Shown in pieces: positions 10,379 through 18,906 of a stretch of DNA of 64,000 bases (position 1 is the first letter of the stretch; each line of letters begins with the position of its first letter). A program made the translations under genes and the position numbers. This stretch comes from an uncultured bacterium. Its GTDB lineage: Bacteria > Babelota > Babeliae > Babelales > Vermiphilaceae. Under the pieces are notes generated by a model. It was not told where the DNA came from. It searched no databases and saw only the letters and a program-made list of their open reading frames with translations. The stretch covers positions 672,001 to 736,000 of the forward strand of contig OY969699.1 in the NCBI GenBank assembly GCA_963702025.1, given 5' to 3'.

Positions 10379-10616
10379 ATTACTATGGTGCCAGATCCAG
10401 ATGGATCATATAAGATTGAAGTTTTGGATAAAACGGTTGTGGATGGTAGACCAAGAGTCAATGGCATGATAATTGCCGACATCAAGTCGCTTGGTACAAA
10501 AAAATTGAGCAAAGGTAAAAATTTATCAATAACGATCGATGCCAATCGAAAGATCGTTTTGTCTGATATGGAATAATTTATAATTTCTCCCGTTCATAAA
10601 CATCAAAAGGATTACC

Positions 10617-11156
10617 ATGCGAATAACGCAAAATTTATTTTTTCTTGTAATGGCCATCTCAAGTATTACCGCTATGCAAGATGATAAAGACAAATTGAAT
10701 AATGAGCTTCTTATGGAACTTATGAAAGAGAAGGCCGACCAAACCAAGGTCACACAGTTGCTCAATACAAAATTGATTAAGCTGAATAAAGTGCATTCCC
10801 CGAGCAATGATTCTTTTTTACATTATGCAATTTTTCATGATGAAAATTTTGCCTGCGCGCAGCTATTGTTGCAATATGGCGCTCAAGTAAATGCGCGAAA
10901 TCATTTGGGTGAGACGCCCTTGCACGAGGCGATCATGTATTTAAATAAAAGATGCATAACAATTTTAATTGCAAATGCTGCTGATGTGAATGCACAAACG
11001 GTAACCGGGAAAACTCCGATGCATTATTTATGCTATTTCCATAAGAAAGAAAATCCGTATGATTTTAAGGAAATAATGAATTTATTGTTATCTCGGGGTG
11101 TTGATTTGCGACTTCGTGATGATAATGGAAATGCGGTTGGCGATTTATTGCAGTAA
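10617..11156 (+). CDS. Exported ankyrin-repeat protein
   Basis: Signal peptide A-MQD; GETPLHEA, GKTPMHY repeats. Confidence 0.88.
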   Translation: MRITQNLFFLVMAISSITAMQDDKDKLNNELLMELMKEKADQTKVTQLLNTKLIKLNKVHSPSNDSFLHYAIFHDENFACAQLLLQYGAQVNARNHLGETPLHEAIMYLNKRCITILIANAADVNAQTVTGKTPMHYLCYFHKKENPYDFKEIMNLLLSRGVDLRLRDDNGNAVGDLLQ

Positions 11157-11229
11157 AATTCACCATTAGGAAGTTCTCGGTGTAAAAAGAGTGATTAAGA
11201 AATAGAATAAAAATATATAAGGAGAAATC

Positions 11230-12000
11230 ATGAGATATTTGTTTTTAAGCGCACTTGTCTTAGTGAATTGCCAAGGCCCCCTTTTGGGTATGTATTTCAG
11301 CAATAAAAAATTTAGTGATAAACTTGATGAACTTGAAAAAATATTTAAAGAAGATTCGCAGACGTGCATGGATAATGTTGACTCAATTGATGAAAATGGA
11401 ATCTCATTATTGGGCCATGCTCTGCATCAAGATAGAAACTCTTCATTTATTGAATGGCTGATTAAGAAGGGTTCGGATGTTAAAAAGCCTAGTGCTGGAG
11501 AAACGTTGATTGCATATCCTCTCAGCTCAGGAAATCACCAGAATCTGGCAATTTTACTCAAACATGGCGCCCCACTTTCAGATGGAAATTATTCGCACTG
11601 CACGGCAGTTTCTTGTGCCATGCATCGTTTATCAAATAAACTATGGTGCAAATTTAATACAGGCACCACGGCGGATGAGGCAAATTCTATTATCAATAAC
11701 TATATGCAATGTATTACTCTTTTGGTTAATAATGGATGTGAAGTTGTTGGCACCGAAGATGGAGCCTCAGCATTGAATACGGCTATAAATAGCGGGTTGA
11801 TTCAGCTAGTTAAATTATTCCTAGAAAAGGGAGTTGATCCTCGAGTGCCGTTTAAAGGTAAAAGTGCTGTAGAGACAGCCAATGAAAGTAACCCCTATTT
11901 TGGTCGTGCAATAGTTGAGAAACTTACCGGACATAGTGCATCTCAAGAGATTCGTGAGCTTGTGAATAAACGAGCTGCGGAGCTAAACAAAATAAAATAA
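11230..12000 (+). CDS. Exported ankyrin-repeat protein
   Basis: Signal peptide G-MYF; LLKHGA, LFLEKGVDP repeats; related to 25446..26144. Confidence 0.8.
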   Translation: MRYLFLSALVLVNCQGPLLGMYFSNKKFSDKLDELEKIFKEDSQTCMDNVDSIDENGISLLGHALHQDRNSSFIEWLIKKGSDVKKPSAGETLIAYPLSSGNHQNLAILLKHGAPLSDGNYSHCTAVSCAMHRLSNKLWCKFNTGTTADEANSIINNYMQCITLLVNNGCEVVGTEDGASALNTAINSGLIQLVKLFLEKGVDPRVPFKGKSAVETANESNPYFGRAIVEKLTGHSASQEIRELVNKRAAELNKIK

Positions 12001-12025
12001 GGCTTTTAAGATACCTGGACGTACC

Positions 12026-12166
12026 GATGGGCAGGAACGCAAGTGCAAAGAATTGCAGATTCAGGTTGCTGAGCAACAGGCTGCATTGTTTAAAGAGATT
12101 GAGAAGAGTGTTAATGCGGTGCAACAAAAAAATGGGATGAAATTGATTTTTCAATTTCCTAAATAA
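12026..12166 (+). pseudogene. Start-less gene remnant, possibly an OmpH/Skp-like C-terminus
   Basis: Frame reads DGQERKCKELQIQVAEQQAALFKEIEKSVNAVQQKNGMKLIFQFPK* with an in-frame stop upstream and no start. Confidence 0.3.
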
Positions 12167-12207
12167 TTGTTGCGATTCATAAGTAAAGTTTTATTCTCTT
12201 CGAGATG

Positions 12208-12666
12208 GCGGCAGGAATATTTATTAATCGCCCTCCGGGCGGTGGCCAAAGGGTGTTAAATCTGAACACCCTTTGGAATCCCCAGACCAAGGCTGCGCCT
12301 TTGGATCCCTCATTTCGTGCCAATTCGCGACCTCGCGCTTTGCGCTCCAATCGCTCAGTGGCACTTGTCTGAATTTACTTATATGTTTGTAGGTTACTAA
12401 GTTAGAAACAAAATGTTTATGAGAAAAAATAACTGAGCCCGCTCGGGCGCTTTTGCGCCCGGCTTGCCTTTAGTCCCGAGCGAAGTCGAGGGGATCGTTG
12501 CGGGCTCTACGAACAATAATGGATAAAACGTTAAATCTGATTGCGGTATATGTATGAACCGGTGCAGCTCCCGTAGGGAGATGAGCCGGTGAGTTTACCG
12601 CACGGGGAATCCAATGGAACATTGGTGAACGGGGGCGTGGGGGTGGTTTCACCACTACCCCCACAT
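12208..12666. repeat. Cluster of modular palindromic repeats
   Basis: GC-rich hairpins; 12208-12251 matches 44280-44360, 12532-12602 matches 17004-17074, 12624-12666 is inverted at 16743-16785. Confidence 0.85.
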
Positions 12667-12702
12667 GGTTAAAAATGCTTAAAGTTATTCACGGAGTCTG
12701 CG

Positions 12703-13407
12703 ATGACAAAAAATCGCCTTAAAAAAATTTTAATACCACTAATCCTTATTGCGTGCCGCCCGCTCAGTGCAAACGCGGGCAAAATAATTGTTTTCTCTGG
12801 TCATTCATGTAGCGGTAAATCAACAATGGCTCGATTACTTTCAAAAAAAATTAATGCCGAATGTTTAGCCGAGCCGGAAGAATCTGAGTGGCCGCTGGTG
12901 GTGCGCAAGTGGTATGAATATTATGCATCTACCGCGATGCTGGCCATGCGGCAATTCTGGATACCCTTATACGTTGATGCAAATAAACTGCGTAATGCAG
13001 GTAAGACAGTGTGTATTGATACCTATTTTTTAAAAACGGTTGGCTATTATATTGATAAGCCCGGCATGGAATGGCTTGTGCCGGCCAATGATCCTTATTT
13101 GCCGCTTTTAAGGCAAATGTATGAGTTGGATGAAGATAATCTACCGGATGCGGATTGCGTGGTCCTCTTTGATAGTAGCCTGCAAGATTGGAAACAATTT
13201 TTACAGGCCCGGGGTCGCGATTGGGATGCCAATCCCGGCTTTGCTGAATCGTTTGCAGTGTCTAAGAAATATGTAGATGCGGCAACAATCGCTCATTGCA
13301 AAAAATACAACATAAAATTGATTCATTTTACGCACCAATTTGGCGATCCTGATATTCAGGCCGAGCGGTTAAAAGAGCTGCTAATTGCAGAAAATGTTTT
13401 AGGTTAA
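12703..13407 (+). CDS. P-loop nucleoside/nucleotide kinase-like protein with signal peptide
   Basis: IIVFSGHSCSGKST Walker A, LAEP motif typical of deoxynucleoside kinases; N-terminal hydrophobic leader ending ANA. Confidence 0.7.
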   Translation: MTKNRLKKILIPLILIACRPLSANAGKIIVFSGHSCSGKSTMARLLSKKINAECLAEPEESEWPLVVRKWYEYYASTAMLAMRQFWIPLYVDANKLRNAGKTVCIDTYFLKTVGYYIDKPGMEWLVPANDPYLPLLRQMYELDEDNLPDADCVVLFDSSLQDWKQFLQARGRDWDANPGFAESFAVSKKYVDAATIAHCKKYNIKLIHFTHQFGDPDIQAERLKELLIAENVLG

Positions 13408-13412
13408 AATTT

Positions 13413-16400
13413 TTATTTTTTCTCATTTTCAGCGCATATATCATTTATTAACTCGCTCACGCTTAAAAGATGCGGAAATAAAGAAATGTTTATTTGTCCA
13501 AGAGGGGCATCAGCAAGAGTGCCGGTGTAATAGCGGTCGCCTACTTTTTTGATAAAAAAGCGGATTTCCGCTCGATCATCCATAGTAAAATGTGTCTTGT
13601 GCAATGATCCTGCTTGAGCGTTTATGCAAACCGATTTTGTTGGCCCCAGCTCGAAACCTTCTAAAATTAGCATATCGCTATCGACGCTAAAACTATTTCT
13701 AGTTGATTTAGAATAGCACTCCGAATCGGTTTTAGTATCAAAAATTTTAATATCAGCCGCTAAAATATTATTATAGGGATAATCGTTTGCAGCAATGATA
13801 AAGCGATCGTTCAATACTGCAACACCATAGGCTCCTTGTAGTGGTAATCTCTTAATTTTCTTGCCAGTGCGCAGATCCCATAACGCAACATACTTATCAT
13901 TGTCGGTTGCTACCAGCGTTGTCTCATTGAGGAGCGCTGCTTTACTACTTTTAACGCTGCTTTCTAATGGAATGCAGCGATAACTATCGGTTTTATTGTT
14001 CCAGATTTTTATTTCAGTAGTGCTCAAAGAGATAAAACGATCATCGTCAAATGGCAATAATTGTTGTGCATTGGCATGATAATCTTCTTGGATACATTTC
14101 CCGGATGCAAGATTATAAACGCGGACCATATCATCATCATGGATAGCGACAAATTGATTCTTAATAACCAAAGCAGTCATGGTTGGTTGCTTGCAATCGA
14201 GAGTAAGCTTTCGTGTTTCTTTTGTTTTCGGATTGACAAAGATAATGATATTTTTATAACCATCAACTATCAATAGCTCATCACCATGGCTCAAGATGGT
14301 AAAGGCATGATCATAATCAATTTGCATTGTAGTATTTTTTACAATAATTTTTTCTAAATGCTCTCGCAGTGGCTTGTGGATTAATTTCATGCTTTCTTGA
14401 TCGATGAATGCGCTAAAATGAGGGTGCAGTTTGACTATTTGGATGAGATTGTCACTGATAAATTTGGCATAGATTTCCAGGTATTTTTCTAAGTTGGGTA
14501 AATTTGCAAGAATAGTTCCAACAAGAGTATCGCCCTTTCTTTGTTTAGCAATATATTCAGTAAGCTCTTGCAACTGTATGGTAATTATTTCAGCATGTGG
14601 TGTTTCAATTAGTTTGGGCATAAACATGCTATAGCAATCTGTTGGTAAACTTTCAAACAATGCTTTGAGCATGCCCGGTTCTTTGCGGGCCTGATCAAAC
14701 ATATACATGCCGAGCATCTCTTGGTTTGGGATATCCCATGCATGGGCAAGCATCAGCGCATCATGGGGAATTGTTTTAACGCTATCAAAAAAAGCCTTAA
14801 GAGCATCAGTTAAATGGGTAGATTTTTGTTTCTCTAAAGCAGTTTGAAACATGTTTTTAAACACTTTTATCTGTTCAGGGTTTTCATACATAAAATAGAG
14901 CAGCTTTTTAATTACCTGCACGGTCTCTGCATCAAAATCAACCGGCGCAATTTTTTCGTGTGCTTCTTTAAATGAGCCGGTAAACATTGCTTTTAATACC
15001 GGTGATTGGAACGCTATTGCTTCCGGTAAAATGATAATTTTGTTGTCGGTAGTAGTGAGAGCAATACATGCCAATTCCTGCAGATCGATAGGCAATTCTT
15101 CCCACTCTTCCGGGCATAAAGGATCGATCAAATTAGCAAGAATAACAGAAATATACTGCGCCAACTCTTTATACTCTGCTTGTTGCGCATGCGCCAAGAG
15201 TGAAAAGAGGTATGTTTTTTGTTCCTGCGGTGATTTATTGACAAGCCGTTGTTCAAGCTGTTTTTTTATAATGCGGACTTTTGTATTGGGTTGAGATTTT
15301 TCAGATTGTACGTAGGGGAGCAACGATACTATATCAGCAATTTCTGCTGCATGTGCGGAACTGATGGGGAGTTTTTTATTTGATCTGATTTCTTTTTGAA
15401 TCCGTGCATGTAAGGCGGCTATTAAATCTTCCAGAGAATATGTTTCTAAAACATCATGAAGGTTAATAAAGCCCATTGTATTTGCACCAAAACTTTGTCC
15501 ACTGAGGATAAAATGGTCATCGTATTTTTCTATGACTGTTGTATTAAATTCGAGTGTTCGTAGTACATCATCAAGCATTATTTGGAGGTTTCCATTGTTC
15601 ACTGATATATCAATCGGATTATTGGTAGCATCTGAAAGATAGGTAAGTTTTTTGCCATAACCATCCAATCCTGACATAAGAATTGTTGGATCCATTTTCA
15701 AAAGATTATCAATTATTTTTGCTTCATTCAGGCTTGATTGGCTATCTGGCTCTTGGGTGAGCTCAACCGGATTCATGGGGTGATCAGAAAAATCGATCAC
15801 GGTTACTTTTTCTTCAATCTGATTATCGATAGTTTCTTGCGTGACAACGCATAACTGATTTGGTATGTGGCACACAAGTTTAAGTACAGGATCTGAAGGT
15901 ATGATATTTACAAGTTCACTAGTCTGAACGTTATAAATATCTATTATTTTAGAATGATAATTTGTGCAGGCGACAAGATTCTCATTGATAGCGCATATCA
16001 GTTTTGTGTCGTGGCGATTCTGTATGTAGATTTTCTTAGTTTCGCTTGTTTGGACGTTAACAATGAATAGAAAACAACCATCAGTTGCTATTGCTTCCTG
16101 ATCTGATAATTTTTTTATAGCTGTAATTGGATTGTCGCTTAATAATGCAAATTCTTTTACAATTGTTGCTTTATTCAAATCAACAATCACGATTGATCCA
16201 TTATGCAGCCCTGCCGCAACAAGTCCTTTTTCTTTATCAAGAACGGTTAAGGAGCATACGCCACTTTTGCAAGGGATCACCCTTAGTAAACCGCTAAAAA
16301 CGTCGGTCGCAATAAGTTTCTTTTTGAGCAAAGAATGGAGATCTTTAGGAATTTTTGTAAGTATTTCGGGATTGGTGAGTAAGTAATAATTGATATTTTT

Positions 16401-16589
16401 GATAAGCACGTCGACAGATTTTTGAGCAAGTGAAGGAATCTCTTGAGCTGCAGCAAGCAGATTGTTTCCTGATTCATCAAGCACTATCTCTTCTTGATTA
16501 TTGGCAGGTGGCATTTCCATGGGGAAAGAATTGCTTGCCGCTAAGAATGCTAGTAATGAGCCTAAAAAGTAGTTAAAAATCGATTTCAT
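13413..16589 (-). CDS. Large exported protein: BC/SOCS box - beta-propeller - BTB/POZ - beta-propeller
   Basis: Signal peptide P-MEM; IPSLAQKS...IPKDL; SPVLKAMFTGSFKEAHEK BTB signature; WD-like blades (VRVYNLASGKC, VALWDLRTGK). Confidence 0.75.
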   Translation of the reverse strand: MKSIFNYFLGSLLAFLAASNSFPMEMPPANNQEEIVLDESGNNLLAAAQEIPSLAQKSVDVLIKNINYYLLTNPEILTKIPKDLHSLLKKKLIATDVFSGLLRVIPCKSGVCSLTVLDKEKGLVAAGLHNGSIVIVDLNKATIVKEFALLSDNPITAIKKLSDQEAIATDGCFLFIVNVQTSETKKIYIQNRHDTKLICAINENLVACTNYHSKIIDIYNVQTSELVNIIPSDPVLKLVCHIPNQLCVVTQETIDNQIEEKVTVIDFSDHPMNPVELTQEPDSQSSLNEAKIIDNLLKMDPTILMSGLDGYGKKLTYLSDATNNPIDISVNNGNLQIMLDDVLRTLEFNTTVIEKYDDHFILSGQSFGANTMGFINLHDVLETYSLEDLIAALHARIQKEIRSNKKLPISSAHAAEIADIVSLLPYVQSEKSQPNTKVRIIKKQLEQRLVNKSPQEQKTYLFSLLAHAQQAEYKELAQYISVILANLIDPLCPEEWEELPIDLQELACIALTTTDNKIIILPEAIAFQSPVLKAMFTGSFKEAHEKIAPVDFDAETVQVIKKLLYFMYENPEQIKVFKNMFQTALEKQKSTHLTDALKAFFDSVKTIPHDALMLAHAWDIPNQEMLGMYMFDQARKEPGMLKALFESLPTDCYSMFMPKLIETPHAEIITIQLQELTEYIAKQRKGDTLVGTILANLPNLEKYLEIYAKFISDNLIQIVKLHPHFSAFIDQESMKLIHKPLREHLEKIIVKNTTMQIDYDHAFTILSHGDELLIVDGYKNIIIFVNPKTKETRKLTLDCKQPTMTALVIKNQFVAIHDDDMVRVYNLASGKCIQEDYHANAQQLLPFDDDRFISLSTTEIKIWNNKTDSYRCIPLESSVKSSKAALLNETTLVATDNDKYVALWDLRTGKKIKRLPLQGAYGVAVLNDRFIIAANDYPYNNILAADIKIFDTKTDSECYSKSTRNSFSVDSDMLILEGFELGPTKSVCINAQAGSLHKTHFTMDDRAEIRFFIKKVGDRYYTGTLADAPLGQINISLFPHLLSVSELINDICAENEKK

Positions 16590-16739
16590 ATAACCTCCAA
16601 AAAATTACAACTATTCTTTAGTAAGGATAGCATTAATTATGTATTTGTCAAAAATGCATGAAAAATTAGAGAATATTTGAAAATCATGTTTTCTATTAGA
16701 AATGTTGCAGGTTCAAGGTACTTGTAGAGTTTTTTGCGT

Positions 16740-17282
16740 TGAATGTGGGGGTAGTGGTGAAACCACCCCCACACCCCCGTTCACCCAAGGTGTACCTTGG
16801 GGATCCCGACGGCGCTCATCACGGCTGCACATGCCGCTTTCAGCGGACAAGTCAGCCTCTCGCCACTCATAGGCTTCGCCTATTCGAGCTCGGTACCGCC
16901 TGGGTTGGAATTTAACCCCTACCATTAGAATGCTAAGGAAATAGCTTTTGCTCGAGGGGCCCCAACCCCTGGCAAAAGAACATTATTAAAAAAATAGATA
17001 AAATAAATCTGGTTGCGATATATGTATGAGCCGGTGCAGCTCCCGTAGGGAGATGAGCCGGTGAGTTTATCGCATAGGGATCCAAGGGCGAAGCCCTGGC
17101 GCACGAGATGCAGGAGGGTTTGCGAAAACCTTCCTGCCGCTGGCCGCCCTTCGACAAGCTCAGGATAAACTCCGGCCAAAGGTAAAAATATAGTTTCTGC
17201 TGCTGCCCGCAGGACAAATTTATAACTTCCCCTTGGGTGAACGGGGGCGTGGGGGGCATTTTCAAGAACGCCCCCACATTCA
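16740..17282. repeat. Composite palindromic element bounded by inverted repeats (MITE-like)
   Basis: Left TGAATGTGGGGG...CCCCCGTTCACCCAAGG versus right CCTTGGGTGAACGGGGG...CCCCCACATTCA; internal modules shared with 12532-12602 and 44240-44289. Confidence 0.75.
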
Positions 17283-18728
17283 TTTCTCTTTATTTTTCTC
17301 AGCAATAGCAGTAAAGAGCGTTATTAACGGTATTTTTTCGGGAGTGATTATTTGTCGCACCTGAATAGATTTGTCGTTCGGATCATCACTTTTGGTTAGA
17401 AATTTGCCATCAGAAGAAACGAGCTTACTTATGGTTCGTTTAAATTTTTTAAAGGGAAGAGAATTATTGATGGGAATTGTTGTGCCTGTTTTTATGTTGA
17501 GTATATGCTTTATGGCATCTTTCTTTCCTAACATATAATGTTCATTGTCATACGTATAATAGAGATTTCTCATATCGCCGGATACGGTGAGTGATTTTTT
17601 TCCGAGCTCGGCCTCAATAACTATATCTGTTGAATCTTTTTTTTCATCATAGTCCAGTATGATGATTGTGGAGAGATCTTTGCTCGTAAAACTATTTTTC
17701 TTATCCGTTAAAATTTTATGGATATAAGTTCCTGCCGGGGCACCATCTTTTAGGTTAAATACCGTTTCTCCATCCATTTCATAACAAACTAATTTTGTCT
17801 TATCACTATTAAAGGCAGTATGAAAAAATAAATATTGCGGCTCTAAAGTTCTGAGATAGGCAAATGATCGGTTATATAAGTGAAGCGTGGGGTTACTTTC
17901 TAATACAATAAGGCTCCCATCCGAGCTAAAGCAAGACACTGAACCTGGTAGACATTTTTCTTCTTGTAATGTCTGTGCATCATAAAAGATACTAAAGATA
18001 CTTTTCAAATTTTGTGTGAACTCGTTAGTAATTATCCATTTTCCTGTCGGGTCTTGCACCGGTATTACAGCCTGATCACTCGCTGTTCCTAATACTTTGC
18101 GTAGCTTTCCACTTTTTGTATCACAAATTACCCAGGGCTTTTTATGTTCTTTGATAATCCAATTCTTATCATCGGCGGTACATTTAATTTTAGCTGATGC
18201 ATTACAGTTTAGATTGTAAAGATGTTTTCCTGTTTTGCTATCCCAAATGTTTTTACCATAAATAGTATCGGTATTTAGAGCAGATATATAGTTGCCACAT
18301 GGGCTCCATTTTGCTTTGTTTCCCCACAAACCTTTGGAATTGATTGGACTTTGCAAAGTGTTAAGTTGCTTTCCGGATTGTGCATCATAGATATGAAGCG
18401 CATTATTATGATGAATTAATAACTTGCTCCCATCCGGGCTGAATCTACCATTACGTGGCACGGTACGCAGATGAGTAGTACATAGAGATGCAAGATGTGC
18501 GTGTTTGATGAGGCTTTCTGCAAGAGATTTGCGATGTTTTGGACCAACATCACATTGTTCAAGTTCTGCAAGACCTTCGGCTATTTTGGGGGTTATTTCA
18601 TTGAGCGTTTTTGCGCAATGCGCGCCCAGAAGATCGTAATATCGCAAATCGCCGCGAGAAGGAGTTGGCATTTCCATGCTAACAAGCGGCGATGTTATCA
18701 AGAGTATAATTAGAGTATTTTTTTTCAT
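17280..18728 (-). CDS. Exported beta-propeller (WD40-like) protein, paralog of 4323..5786
   Basis: Start reassigned to MKKNTL; S-MEM; shared FSPDGSKLLI, QDP.G.WII, YYT.DN.HY motifs. Confidence 0.75.
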   Translation of the reverse strand: MKKNTLIILLITSPLVSMEMPTPSRGDLRYYDLLGAHCAKTLNEITPKIAEGLAELEQCDVGPKHRKSLAESLIKHAHLASLCTTHLRTVPRNGRFSPDGSKLLIHHNNALHIYDAQSGKQLNTLQSPINSKGLWGNKAKWSPCGNYISALNTDTIYGKNIWDSKTGKHLYNLNCNASAKIKCTADDKNWIIKEHKKPWVICDTKSGKLRKVLGTASDQAVIPVQDPTGKWIITNEFTQNLKSIFSIFYDAQTLQEEKCLPGSVSCFSSDGSLIVLESNPTLHLYNRSFAYLRTLEPQYLFFHTAFNSDKTKLVCYEMDGETVFNLKDGAPAGTYIHKILTDKKNSFTSKDLSTIIILDYDEKKDSTDIVIEAELGKKSLTVSGDMRNLYYTYDNEHYMLGKKDAIKHILNIKTGTTIPINNSLPFKKFKRTISKLVSSDGKFLTKSDDPNDKSIQVRQIITPEKIPLITLFTAIAEKNKEK

Positions 18729-18906
18729 GGTGATTCCTTTGGTGTAAAAGATTTCTATTTTCAAGAATGATTTTTTTTTGTATAATTTTTTAATTCTAAA
18801 AAGGCGCTGCAGTATGCCGTATTCTTTAAAAAAGTTTATCAGTTTTGCATTATTTTTTTAGCGTGTAGTATCAAATTTTTTTTGTTTATCATCTTTTGGG
18901 AAAAAA

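Larger units (their letters stand above)
8840..10576 (+). pseudogene. Exported hypothetical protein interrupted by an IS (reconstructed 166 aa)
   Basis: 8840-9148 joined to 10385-10576 reads in frame ...GHYEIT|MVPDPDGSY...; signal peptide A-MEK. Confidence 0.85.

Noticed and set aside
12541..12610. Hammerhead ribozyme or group II intron domain V
   Set aside because: GATGAG and GAGCCG are present, but the CUGAUGA/GAAA core and the domain V pairing are absent
12208..17282. CRISPR array
   Set aside because: Repeats are dispersed, variable and nested, with no regular repeat-spacer periodicity and no cas genes
16713..17305. ORFs of 70, 126 and 116 aa (and 12470..12664)
   Set aside because: They are translations of GC-rich palindromic repeat modules, with no RBS or family motifs
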